Source of the DNA: an uncultured Actinomycetes bacterium
GTDB taxonomy: Bacteria > Actinomycetota > Thermoleophilia > Gaiellales > Gaiellaceae
DNA length: 64,000 nucleotides
Assembly: GCA_963739405.1 (NCBI GenBank)
Contig: CAVUAH010000012.1
Location: 48,937 to 112,936, forward strand
Reading direction: 5' to 3'
The notes under the pieces were generated by a model. It worked only from the letters and a program-made list of their open reading frames with translations, had not been told where the DNA came from and searched no databases. Of this stretch, positions 31,819-42,065 are shown piece after piece (the first letter of the stretch is position 1; the number at the start of each line of letters is the position of its first letter). The translations under genes and the position numbers were made by a program.

Positions 31819-32363
31819 GTGCGGTTCTCCGAGACTCCGATTGCCGGCGCTGTCGTGGTCGAGCTCGAGCGTCACGAGGACGAACGTGGATTCTTCGCGC
31901 GGGTCTGGGACCCGGACGAGCTGGCAGCCGCGTCGGCCTGACGCCCGATCTCGCTCAGGCGAGCATCTCCCGCTCGACCCGGGCGGGGACGCTCCGGGGC
32001 ATGCATTTCCAGGTTGCCCCCCACGAGGAGGCGAAGCTCGTGCGGTGTGTTCGCGGCGCGATCTTCGACGTCGTTCTCGATCTCCGACCCGAGTCGCCGA
32101 CATACCTCGGCTGGCACGGCGTGCGTCTGGACGAAGGGAACGGTACGGCGCTCTACATTCCCGAAGGCTGCGCCCACGGATTTCAGACACTGGTCGCCGA
32201 CTCGGATGTCCTCTACCTGATCTCGTCCACGTACGTCCCCGAGGCGTCCTCCGGCGTACGGTGGGACGACCCGGCGTTCGGGATCGAGTGGCCCGACGCC
32301 TCGAAGCGGACGATCGGCGCCCGCGACCTCGCGTGGCCCGACTACGCTCGACTGGATCGCTGA
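31819..32363 (+). CDS. rfbC: dTDP-4-dehydrorhamnose 3,5-epimerase family protein (indel)
   Basis: DERGFF, GTLRGMHFQ, KLVRCVRGAIFDV, PEGCAHGFQTL. Confidence 0.88.
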
Positions 32364-32370
32364 CCCCGGC

Positions 32371-33340
32371 TCAGCCTGCCGCGAGCCCGGATCCGGCGTT
32401 GTCCGTCAGCGTGGCTCGAATGTCCTCGACGGTGCGAGTCAGGCCGTCCTCCAACCCGGTCGTGGCAGTCCAGCCGAGCACCTCCCGCGCCCTGGCGGTG
32501 TCCGCGGCCGAGACGTGCTCCGCGGCGCGTTCGGAGAGCTCGCCGAACCTCGCATCGACGGAGGCGTGCGTCACGACGGCGAGCATTTCCACGATCTCTG
32601 CGACCGTGTGGAGCTCGCCCGAGCCGATGTCGACGACCTCGCCGGCCAAGCCGGGAGCGGCGCCGGCGATCACGAAGGCGTGGACGACGTCGTCGACGTA
32701 GACCCAGTCGACCGGCCGTCGACCGCTCGAGAGCACGGGTGCCTCACCGGCCAGGAAGCAGCGCGTCACGTACGGGATGAGCTTCGAGGTGTCCCGTTGG
32801 CCCGGGCCGTAGATCATGGCGGGCCGCAGGACGACCGTCGAGAGGCCGTACAGCGTGGAGAACATGCGCGCATAGGAGGTGGCTGCGGTCTTGCCGGCTG
32901 CGTAGGGGGACCGCGGAGGGTCGGTCGCCGTCGCCTCCTCGTAGGACCCGGCCAGCACGACCCTGTCGGAGCCGGTGGCGAGCGCCGCCAGGAGGACGTT
33001 GACGGCGGCTACGAGGTTCCCGGACAACGTCGGGTAGACGTTCTCGGGCTCCCGGGCACCGCTGACGTGGCTGGCCAGGTGAAAGACGACCGTCGGCCGC
33101 ACGTCCTCGAACACCTCGCGGACCGAGTCGGGTTGCGTCACGTCGCACTCGCGCCAGTCCACGCCGGCATACGGGGCCGCTCGTCGTGTCTCGTGTCGTG
33201 CAGACGACCGTCGTCCCGCCTTCGAGAAGCCGCCGCACCAGTCTCGAGCCGAGGAACCCGGTGCCGCCCGTCACGAGCGCGGTCTGCCCGTCCAACGGGC
33301 CGTCCAGGTGCGGGGTCGGAGTCGACTCGCTCGCCGTCAT
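32371..33340 (-). CDS. NAD-dependent epimerase/reductase (indel near 33170)
   Basis: LVTGGTGFLG, VFHLAS, PYAAGK, IYGPGQ, DWVYVDDV. Confidence 0.88.
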
Positions 33341-34638
33341 CCGGCGGATCCGAGCAGATCGTGCGCTTCGAGGCGCTCCGCTGCGAGCCTGACGTCCCCG
33401 AAATCCAGCCCCGAGCGTTCTGCGATGTCGAGAAGGCTGTTGGTGCCGTCCGAGAGGCTCAGGACCCACAGGAGGGCCATCTCCTCGCTCGAGCCTCCGC
33501 CCAGGCCGCGGTAGAGACCGCGCCTGCCGAGCTGGGGCTCTCCGTACGGGCTGAGGTTCCGGTACGTGCCGTTCGACTCGATCACGTCGATGACGTCGAG
33601 GAGCGTCGCGAAGCTGTTGCCGAGATGCTCGGGGCGAACGAAGTCGAGGCTGTCCGCCGACGAGTGATACTCGGGGAATCGATCCGCAGGCGTCCGCGAG
33701 AAGGCGCCGACCGGGAGGTCGAAGCCGGGCGAGCAGAACTGGCGCTCGTCGCCGCCGTAGGGCGACCAGTCGTCGACGCGGTTCCGCGGATCCGTCCGAA
33801 GGACGAGGAGACCACGTGGTCGATCTCGGCGTCCCCGCGTCGGCTCCGCTTGTAGGTCATCGCCCCGGGGTCACCGACGCACGAGACGACGAGCCCATGG
33901 CGGACACGCTGGACGCCGTCACGGTTGCGCGCGAGCCAGCAGATCGAGCCGATCGTGCCCGGCACCCAGAGCAGCCTGTATGTGTAACGGAGGCGGGGTT
34001 GGCCGGCCAGTGCGCGGCCGACCTCGGCAAGGAGCGCGACGCCCGACAGAGTTGTCGTTCGCAAGGGACGGGTGGCACGCATAGGTGGTGAGGAGGACCT
34101 CGTCGGTCGTGGCGCCCGGTATGACGGCTTCGCCGTACGTCACTGCCCCTGGCGCGATCGTCGAATCGACCATCACCCGATAGTCGCCGGGACGAAGCGT
34201 GTCGAGCTGCCGACGCGTCATGCAGAACCCCCACCGCTCGACGTAGTACGACGTGCGGTACGGGACGAGATCCGGGTTGTCGACGTGCGTGAAGACGTGC
34301 TCGCGGAGCTCGTCGAGCGAGACCGTCGTGTCGACCGGCGCGCTGTAGTTGAGGACGTGGAGGTTCGAGTCCTCGAAGTCGACGACCCGGCTGCCATCGG
34401 GAGCATCGATCCACGCCGCCCGCACGTTCCATTCGTCAGGGACGACCCAGTCGAGCACGGGTGTGCCCGTCGGTGTCTCCACGAGCTCGAGCGGTACATC
34501 CCGCGCCACCAGGCGGAGCGTCTCCCGGATGCCGTCCCCGGTGATGCTCCGGCAGAGCGGGAACATCGTCGTCATTCGTTGGTGGATAGCCGCGCCCGCC
34601 GCGGCGGGCGCGGGGGCTACGGATCGATCGAGCGCCAT
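33337..34638 (-). CDS. DUF4910 aminopeptidase-like protein of polysaccharide clusters (indels)
   Basis: CRSITGDG, PYRTSYY..WGFC, CHPSLANDN, PGTIGSI, NLSPYGEPQLGRRGLY, C-terminal winged helix. Confidence 0.85.
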
Positions 34639-34686
34639 GCTCGGATCGTATGTCCATTGCCGCTCGTTTTCGGCCTGACGACCGGA

Positions 34687-35391
34687 TCAGGCCTGGCCGC
34701 CGCTCCACACGTCCGACGGTCGCGGCCCGGTCAGGAGAGCCGGCCCAAGGTCGACCAGGGTGCGGACGAGCGTGTCGGCGAGCCCGAGCACGTCGCTCGC
34801 CGGCGGAAAGTGCCGGTTCGGATACGCGATCACGCGCATCCCGGCGGCGTGGGCGGCGCGGATGCCGCTCGCTGAGTCCTCGACCGCGGCGCAGCGCTCC
34901 GGAGCGACGCCGAGGCGTCGCGCCGCCTCGAGGTAGACGTCCGGAGCCGGCTTCCCCCGCCCGACCTCCTCGGACGAGACCGTGACCTCGAAGAGCGCGG
35001 TCAGATCGAGCTCGTGCAGCACGGCGTCGATCAGCTCCCGGTTGGACGAGGAGGCGAGCGCGAGCCGCAGGCCCGCCGACGCGAGGCTCCGGACCGCCTC
35101 GACGGCGCCCGGCACGACCGGCAACTCGGTCGCGTAGCGGCCGAGCATCCGCCGCACGACCTCCTCGTTGATGACCTCCGGGGGCTCGCGCAGCCCGACG
35201 ACGTCGTGGAGGTAGCGCGACCACTCGTGCGAGCTCATCCCCATCATCGCCTGCTGCGCCTGCGGGGTGTACCGCCCGCCCCACTCCTCGGTCAGCTCCT
35301 CGCGCACCTCGTCCCAGAGGTGCTCGGTGTCGACGAGAACGCCGTCCATGTCGAAGACGACGGCCTCGATCTGCTCGACCGCGGTCACCAA
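34687..35391 (-). CDS. HAD-superfamily phosphatase
   Basis: FDMDGVLVDTE, ASSS, KPAPD, EDS. Confidence 0.92.
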   Translation of the reverse strand: MVTAVEQIEAVVFDMDGVLVDTEHLWDEVREELTEEWGGRYTPQAQQAMMGMSSHEWSRYLHDVVGLREPPEVINEEVVRRMLGRYATELPVVPGAVEAVRSLASAGLRLALASSSNRELIDAVLHELDLTALFEVTVSSEEVGRGKPAPDVYLEAARRLGVAPERCAAVEDSASGIRAAHAAGMRVIAYPNRHFPPASDVLGLADTLVRTLVDLGPALLTGPRPSDVWSGGQA

Positions 35392-35406
35392 CTGATCGTA
35401 CGGAGA

Positions 35407-36333
35407 TCAGACGGGCTTGCAGGTCGGGTCGTTGCCGTACACGGCGCGCTGCTGCTCGACCAGTTGGCGGTCGAGCGCCTCGTCGTACGGGCCGGGCGCA
35501 GCGCCTTCCCACATCACGTCCGGTAGCACTCCGGGCCCGACGACCGTCGCCCGATAGCGCTCGCCCCGTCCTTCCGGTCGTCGACCGACCGGCGGATAGC
35601 CCGGGTACGGGTCGTGGGCATACAGTCCGTAACAGAAGACCCCGGTGCCGCGGTGCGAGAGGAAGCTGTTCTCACGCCTCCAGCCGGGCCCGTACGCGGA
35701 GTCGAACGTATCGAGGTAGATGTTCCGGCCGAAGCCGTCCAGTGGTGCCCCCGTCGTCGTCGCCGCGAACCCGTACACGGGCTGCCCGAGGTAGGTCAGG
35801 CGGCCGAAGAGGTGGTCGAAGCGCTTGCTGTAGGCCCAGTTCGTCCAGATCTCGAGCTTCGGCAGGTCGCCCGTCCAGTGGCTCAGCCGGAGCTCCCACG
35901 AGGCCTGCAGCGGCTTCCAGGGGTCGACGCCGAGGTTCGGCAGGCCGCGCTGCCACGCCTGGAGCGCCCAGTGGCTCCCGTCCGGCATGGTGCAGCCGGT
36001 GACGAGCCAGGCGAGCGGCGGTCCCGTGTACCGGCGGCACACGTTGACGAACCCCACCGCGAGCGTCTTGCGGTACGTGGCCCAGCCGCCCGAGTAGTCG
36101 ATGCGGAACGCGACCTGCGGCTGGTCGGGGCTCGGCTGGCGGGCATTGAGCGCACCCCAGGCGAGCACGTTCCACAGCTTCCCCTTCGAGCGGTAGCCGA
36201 CGAGCGCCTGGCCGTTCGCGTTGACGCGGAGCGTGACGTCCTTGGCGTCCCGCGCGATCAGCTGCGAGGCCTGGGACCCCGCCGGCAGAGCGAGCGCGGC
36301 GAGGAGCGTGACGAGGAGAAGGACGCGCCGCAT
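35407..36333 (-). CDS. Secreted hypothetical protein
   Basis: Signal peptide MRRVLLLVTLLAALALPAGSQA; Trp/Tyr/Gly-rich body. Confidence 0.8.
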   Translation of the reverse strand: MRRVLLLVTLLAALALPAGSQASQLIARDAKDVTLRVNANGQALVGYRSKGKLWNVLAWGALNARQPSPDQPQVAFRIDYSGGWATYRKTLAVGFVNVCRRYTGPPLAWLVTGCTMPDGSHWALQAWQRGLPNLGVDPWKPLQASWELRLSHWTGDLPKLEIWTNWAYSKRFDHLFGRLTYLGQPVYGFAATTTGAPLDGFGRNIYLDTFDSAYGPGWRRENSFLSHRGTGVFCYGLYAHDPYPGYPPVGRRPEGRGERYRATVVGPGVLPDVMWEGAAPGPYDEALDRQLVEQQRAVYGNDPTCKPV

Positions 36334-36491
36334 CGACGGCTGGATCGGCAGCACCGGCGCAAGGATAGAGCCCTGGCGCGAGGGATCCGCGGGGTACCGA
36401 CTCGCGGCCGAGCACGGAGCCGCCGTCGGGGAGTTCCCCGATGCCCGAGGGGCGTCCGCCGGGCGACACTCGAGGCCAGGAGCACAACACC

Positions 36492-37278
36492 ATGGAGGCG
36501 AGGGACGTCGGGCGGGTGATCGAGGAGCGGGCCGTGCTGTCTCGGGCCTCGCGTGCGGTCGCGTTCAGCGGCCTCGCCCGCGAGGCCGCTGTCGTCGGCA
36601 GCGCGATCCTGTTCTACTTCGGCGTGCGCAACCGCACCCAGGGGGATCCGGGCGCCGCGCTCGCGAACGCGCATCGCATCGTCGATCTCGAGCGTGCGCT
36701 CGGGATCGACTGGGAGAGCGCGGTGCAGTCGGTGGCGCTGTCGAGCCACGTGCTCGTGACGCTCGCCAACTGGGTGTACATCTTCGGGCACTGGCCCGTG
36801 ATCATCGGGGTCGGCGTCGCGCTCTACGTCTACCGGCGGCCGCACTACTACCTGCTGCGCAACGCGATGTTCGTCTCCGGGATGATCGGCTTCCTCCTCT
36901 TCGCGCTGTTCCCGGTCGCCCCGCCACGGCTCTCGGGCCTGGGCCTCGTCGATACGGTGACCGAGCGCTCGCGACGCGTACCGCGCGCTGCAGCCGCCCG
37001 GCCTCACGAACGAGTACGCGGCATTCCCGAGCCTGCATGCGGGCTGGAATCTCCTCATCGGCATCGTCGTCTTCCTCGCCGTGGCGAGCGTCGCCGTGCG
37101 GGCGGTGGCCGTCGCGCTGCCGATCGCGATGGCCTTCGCCGTGGTGGCGACCGCCAACCACTATCGTGATCGACGTCGCGGGCGGCACCGCCGTCGTGCT
37201 CTTCGGGCTCGCCGTGGCACTCGTCATCCAGAAGCGCCAGGACGCATCTACACTGGGTCGGAATGGGGTCGCAGGTGA
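36492..37278 (+). CDS. PAP2-superfamily membrane phosphotransferase (Aur1/IPC-synthase-like; indels, end approximate)
   Basis: FPVAPPRL, NEYAAFPSLHAGW, VATANHY(V)ID motifs across frames. Confidence 0.82.
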
Positions 37279-37951
37279 CCGAGGGGGAACCGCGTCGGGT
37301 CGCCGCGCCGTTCGTGGTCGCGCACCGGGCAGGGAACTGCCTCGACGCGCTGCGTGAGGCCGAGCGCCTCGGTGTCGCGCTGGTCGAGGCCGACGTCCGC
37401 CTCTTCCGCGGCCGCGCCGAGATCCGGCACCTGAAGACGGTCGGCTCGCTGCCGCTCTACTGGGACCGCTGGGCGGTCGCATCGCCGTTCCGGCGCTCGC
37501 TCGTCCTCGTCCGAGCTCCTCGAGGCGACGACGGCCCGATACCGAGCTGATGCTCGACCTCAAGGGCTCGAGCCGGCGCCTCGCCGAGATCGTGCGCGAG
37601 GAGCTCACCCCGTATCTCGCCGCGCGCCGCTTCACGGTCTGTGCGCGCTCGTGGGAGCTGCTCGAGGCCTTCGACGGCCTCCCGGTGCGACGCGTCGCGT
37701 CCGTGGGAAGCAGTCGGCAGCTGCGCGCGCTCGTCGCGCGCTTCGCCGGCACGCGGCTCGACGGCGTCTCGATCCACGAGCGCCTGCTGGACGCGCGCGC
37801 CGTCGCCGAGCTCCGCGCCGTCGCCGGCGTGATCCTCACCTGGCCGGTCAATGCCCCTTCCCGGGCCCGCGAGCTCCTCCGCATGGGGGTCGACGGCCTG
37901 ATCAGCGACCACGTCGGCGCGATCGCTCCCCTCGCGACGGCCGCGACGTGA
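37275..37951 (+). CDS. Glycerophosphodiester phosphodiesterase-like protein (indel near 37510)
   Basis: VAHRAGN, VEADV, MLDLK, TWPVN, GVDGLISD. Confidence 0.82.
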
Positions 37952-38883
37952 GCGTCCTCGCCACCGTCGTCGACGCCGTCGACTCGGCATCGGATCGGGT
38001 CGCGAATCTCGACAGCCGGTTCCTGCTGCTTGCGCTCGCGGTGCAGCTCCTGACGCTCGTGTTCCGCTCGCTCGCGTGGCGCTCGGTGCTCGCCGCGGCC
38101 TATCCGGAGCAGCGGATCTCTGCGGTCTCGGTCGGCGGCGCGTACGCCGCGGGTGTCGCGTTGAACGCGTTCACGCCGATGCGCGGCGGCGAGCTGGCGA
38201 AGATCCTGATCGCGCGCACCCGCATCCCCGGCTCGACGGTGCCCACGCTCGCCGCGTCGCTCACCGTGATGCTCGCAACCGATGGGCTGATCGGCGGGCT
38301 CCTGATCGGCGTCCTCTGGACGACCGGCGTCCTGCCCGCCCTCCCGGCTCCGCCGGGGCTGATCGCGCTCGAGCTTGCGGGTCTCGCCGCTCTCGTCGTG
38401 TCGATCGGCGCCGCTTTGGCCTACAGGCTTCGCCCCGCTGCGGTGCTCGGGCTGGTGCAACGGGCCGCGCAGGGACTGAGCGTCGTCCGCCAGCCGGGCC
38501 GGTATGCGTGCACGGTGCTGCCGTTCCAGCTCGCCGCCTGGGCGTGTCGGATCGGCGTCGTCGTCCTCGTCCTCGCCGCGTTCGGGATCCGAGCAAGCGT
38601 CGCCACCGCGGCGCTCGTCGTCGTGCTCAACGGCGCCTCGACGCTCGTCCCGGTCCCGGGTGGCGCAGGAACGCAGCAGGTGCTCGCGACGTACGCGCTC
38701 CAGGGGGCGGTCTCGGCGGCGACCGCCGTCTCGTTCTCCCTCGGGATGCAGGTCGGCGTCACGGCGGTCAACACGACCGTCGGCATGATCGCCCTGATGC
38801 TGCTCTTCAGGACCGTGCGGCCGATCGGCGCCGTGCGCTCCGCTCGCGCGCTCGTCGCGCGGCGCCCCGATCCGCTGCTCTGA
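37948..38883 (+). CDS. Lysylphosphatidylglycerol-synthase TM/UPF0104 flippase-like protein
   Basis: RSLAWR, NAFTPMRGGELAK, PVPGGAGTQQ; multiple TM helices. Confidence 0.8.
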   Translation: MSVLATVVDAVDSASDRVANLDSRFLLLALAVQLLTLVFRSLAWRSVLAAAYPEQRISAVSVGGAYAAGVALNAFTPMRGGELAKILIARTRIPGSTVPTLAASLTVMLATDGLIGGLLIGVLWTTGVLPALPAPPGLIALELAGLAALVVSIGAALAYRLRPAAVLGLVQRAAQGLSVVRQPGRYACTVLPFQLAAWACRIGVVVLVLAAFGIRASVATAALVVVLNGASTLVPVPGGAGTQQVLATYALQGAVSAATAVSFSLGMQVGVTAVNTTVGMIALMLLFRTVRPIGAVRSARALVARRPDPLL

Positions 38884-38985
38884 CCGAGCGGGCACGACCG
38901 ACCGACGTGCCTCTCGCGTCGGGAGAGTGCGCTCGTCGATCCTTGCGCAAGTGAAGTAACGTTGCTATAGATTGTGAAGTGTTGA

Positions 38986-39115
38986 CTCATCGGGAGCGGT
39001 TGAGGGACCTGGCCCTGTGACGCCGCCGCAGCCGGGGAGCCGCCTGAAGGCAGCTCCCGCCGGGTGCGACTTCCAGCCGCGAGCCGCCGTCCCGGACGGC
39101 GAGCGGGAAGATGAG
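38986..39115 (+). ncRNA. SAM-I (S-box) riboswitch
   Basis: CTCATC..GAG..GAGGGAC.TGGCCC.GTGA..GCAGCC..GGTGC..TTCC..GAAGATGAG fits the S-box layout; P1 CTCATC/GATGAG; upstream of a sulfur operon. Confidence 0.9.
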
Positions 39116-39180
39116 ATGACACCGCGACCGCTTTCCCGGTGGTGGCACCCGAGGGTTCCGGGCACCGAGCGAGGAGGCGG

Positions 39181-40824
39181 ATGAGCGTTCACAGCACACG
39201 AGCACCGGCCGAGGCGCCGACGATCGAGCTGGTCCTCAAGCGGAACCCCGTCGAGCGGCTCAAGCGGGAGAAGGGGCCGCTCGGGATGCTCGACGAGCTG
39301 CCCGCGCTGATCGCGGCGGGCTACGCCGATGTCGCCGAGGAGGACGTCGTCCGCCTCAAGTGGTGGGGCCTGTACCACGACAAGCCGAAGGTCGGGACGT
39401 TCATGCTCCGGATCAAGCTCGCGGCCGGGCGGCTCACGGCGCCGCAGCTCCGGGCGATCGGCCGGCTCTCGCTCGACTTCGGCAAGGGCGAGGCGGAGCT
39501 CACGACGCGCCAGAACGTGCAGCTGCACCACCTTCGCCTGGACGCGCTGCCGGCCGTGTTCGACGGGCTCCATGCGGCGGGGCTGACGAGCCTCGGCGGC
39601 TGCGGCGACACCGTCCGCGCGATCACGGGCTGCCCCGCGGTCGGGGTCGCGGACGACGAGTTGTTCGACGTGACAGCGGTGCTCGACGAGGCGCACGAGC
39701 TCTTCACCGGCAACCCGGACTACATCGATCTCCCCCGGAAGCACAAGATCTCGATCTCCGCCTGCGCGTCACGGTGCAACGCGCCGGAGATCAACTGCAT
39801 CTCGCTCGTCGGCGTCCTGCGCGACGGCGAGCCCGGCTTCTGCGTGCTCGTGGGCGGCGGCCTGTCGTCCGTGCCGCGCATCGCCCGCGACCTCGGCGTG
39901 TTCGTCACGCCGGACGAGGCGATTCCCGTGCTCCGGGCGATCCTCGACACGTGGCGCGACGATCTCCGCTGGCGGGTCTCGCGCGTGAAGTCGCGGATGA
40001 AGTTCATGGTCGACGCGCTCGGGCCGGAAGGTGTGCGCGCGGAGGTCGAGCAGCGGCTCGGCCATGCGCTGCCGTCCTTCTCGTTGCCGCCGCTCGAAGC
40101 GGAGCCGGACGACCATCTCGGCGTCCGCACCCAGTCCGACGGGCTCCGGACGATCGGCGTCCCGGTGCACGTGGGCCTGCTCGGCGGGGAGCGGCTCGTC
40201 GCGCTCGGGAACCTGCTCGAGCCGCTCGGCGCGGAGGCGCGCATCACGCGCCAGCAGAACCTCGTGCTCGCGCACGTCCCCGCCGACGAGGTCGACGCCG
40301 TCGTCGCGGCGCTCGGCGACCTCGAGCTGCCGCTCGACGCGGGCGGCCTGCGCGGCAACGGCATCGCCTGCACGGGCGAGCCGCACTGCAACTACTCGGT
40401 CACCGAGACGAAGACCCGCCTCGACACGCTGATCGACGGGCTCGAGCAGCGGTTCGGCGAGACGGCCGCGCCGCTTCGGCTGCACCTGGACGGGTGCCCG
40501 CACGCCTGCGCCCAGCACTGGGTGGGCGACATCGGCTTCCAGGGGACGACCGCGCGCGACGAGGCCGGGCAGCGCGGCCAGGCCTTCGACGTCTATCTCC
40601 GCGGCGCGCTCGGGCCGCGCGCGGCGATCGCGCGCCCCGTGTTCCGCCGCGTGCCGACCCAGGAGCTCGACGAGCTCGTCCACGGCCTCGTCGGCGGCTG
40701 GCTCGAGCGGCGCGGCGACGGCGAGACCATGCGGGCGTTTCTCGACAGGACGACAGACGACGAGCTCGGCCTGCTGGTCGGGCGCGAACCGGCGCGCAGC
40801 CGGAGGGAGGAGGCGGTCGCGTGA
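39181..40824 (+). CDS. Ferredoxin-type siroheme sulfite reductase (Sir/NirA family)
   Basis: WWGLY, TTRQNVQ, LPRKHK, ACTGEPHC, GCPHACAQH. Confidence 0.92.
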   Translation: MSVHSTRAPAEAPTIELVLKRNPVERLKREKGPLGMLDELPALIAAGYADVAEEDVVRLKWWGLYHDKPKVGTFMLRIKLAAGRLTAPQLRAIGRLSLDFGKGEAELTTRQNVQLHHLRLDALPAVFDGLHAAGLTSLGGCGDTVRAITGCPAVGVADDELFDVTAVLDEAHELFTGNPDYIDLPRKHKISISACASRCNAPEINCISLVGVLRDGEPGFCVLVGGGLSSVPRIARDLGVFVTPDEAIPVLRAILDTWRDDLRWRVSRVKSRMKFMVDALGPEGVRAEVEQRLGHALPSFSLPPLEAEPDDHLGVRTQSDGLRTIGVPVHVGLLGGERLVALGNLLEPLGAEARITRQQNLVLAHVPADEVDAVVAALGDLELPLDAGGLRGNGIACTGEPHCNYSVTETKTRLDTLIDGLEQRFGETAAPLRLHLDGCPHACAQHWVGDIGFQGTTARDEAGQRGQAFDVYLRGALGPRAAIARPVFRRVPTQELDELVHGLVGGWLERRGDGETMRAFLDRTTDDELGLLVGREPARSRREEAVA

Positions 40825-41610
40825 GCACCACCGAGCTGCTGGACGACCTCGAGGCGGGTGAGCTCTCGGTCGAGTTCGAAGGGCTCGAGCCGTGGGACGT
40901 GCTCGAGTGGGCGATCGAGCGGTTCGGGGAGCGGCTCGCGCTCTCGACCGCCTTCCAGGACGGCGACGTCGCGCTGATCGACATGGCGTACCGGATCGAT
41001 CCGTCGGTGCGGGTGTTCTCGATCGACACGGGCCGCCTCCCGCAGGAGACGCACGACCTCGTGGAGGAGCTCCGGGAGCGCTACCCCGGCCTGCGGCTCG
41101 AGCTCCTCTCACCCGACGGCCTCCAGCTCCAGCGGCTCGTCGATCGTCATGGGCCGAACCTGTTCCGCCAATCGGTCGAGCAGCGCCTCCTCTGCTGCAA
41201 CGTGCGCAAGGTCCAGCCGCTGAACCGTGCGCTCGCCGGGCCTCGATTGCTGGGTGACCGGGCTGCGGCGCGACCAGTGGGCCTCCCGCACGGACATTCG
41301 CAAGGTCGAGATCGACCACGACCACGACGCGATCGTGAAGCTGAACCCCCTGGCCGAGTGGACGCACGACGAGGTCTGGGACTACCTCCGCGAGAACGGC
41401 GTCCCGACGCACGCGCTGTACGAGCGGGGCTACACCTCGATCGGCTGCACACCGTGCACGCGGGCGATCGCCCCCGGCGAGCCGACGAGGGCGGGCCGGT
41501 GGTGGTGGGAGAGCGACGCGCCGAAGGAGTGCGGCATGCACTGCTCGATCGAGACGGGCGGCTTCGAGCACGAGCTGCATGCGATCCTCGGCGAGGAGGC
41601 CCACGCGTGA
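40821..41610 (+). CDS. cysH: APS/PAPS reductase (Fe-S type; indel near 41240)
   Basis: IDTGRLPQET, CCNVRKVQPL, TGLRRDQ, SIGCTPCT, RAGRW, KECGMH. Confidence 0.92.
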
Positions 41611-42065
41611 CCGCGGTCCTGCTCAAGGGCGAGGAGGTCGAGGTCGCCCGCGCGGAGGTCGAGGCCGTTCGCGCCGCCGTCGGCGAGAGCGACTACGCGG
41701 ATGTCCTCGAGGAGCTTCTCGAGGTGCTCGCCGACGGCGCGGCGCTCGAGGGGCGACACGCCGACGAGCTCGACCGGCTGCTCACGCTCGCGCTCCAGTC
41801 GGGTCGCGTGCGGGCGCTCTACGGGCCGGGAGGCGAGCAGGCCGCGCTGCGCGCGTTCCGCAAGCTCCCGAGCGGCGCCGAGCTCACGCAGACCGCGGCC
41901 GCGGTGAACGAGGCGCTCGCGGCGCTCGAGGGACGGGCGCTCGCGGGGCTCTCCGTGACCGCGGTCGGGCCCGGGGCGTTCACGCTCGCCGTTGCGACCG
42001 ACGGCCCGCAGCTCTCGATCCGGCTCGACCGCCAGGGTGCCCGAGTCACGAGCGTCGAGGCATGA
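41607..42065 (+). CDS. Hypothetical protein inside the cys operon
   Basis: 152 aa; GTGA and ATGA overlaps with both neighbours. Confidence 0.8.
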   Translation: MTAVLLKGEEVEVARAEVEAVRAAVGESDYADVLEELLEVLADGAALEGRHADELDRLLTLALQSGRVRALYGPGGEQAALRAFRKLPSGAELTQTAAAVNEALAALEGRALAGLSVTAVGPGAFTLAVATDGPQLSIRLDRQGARVTSVEA

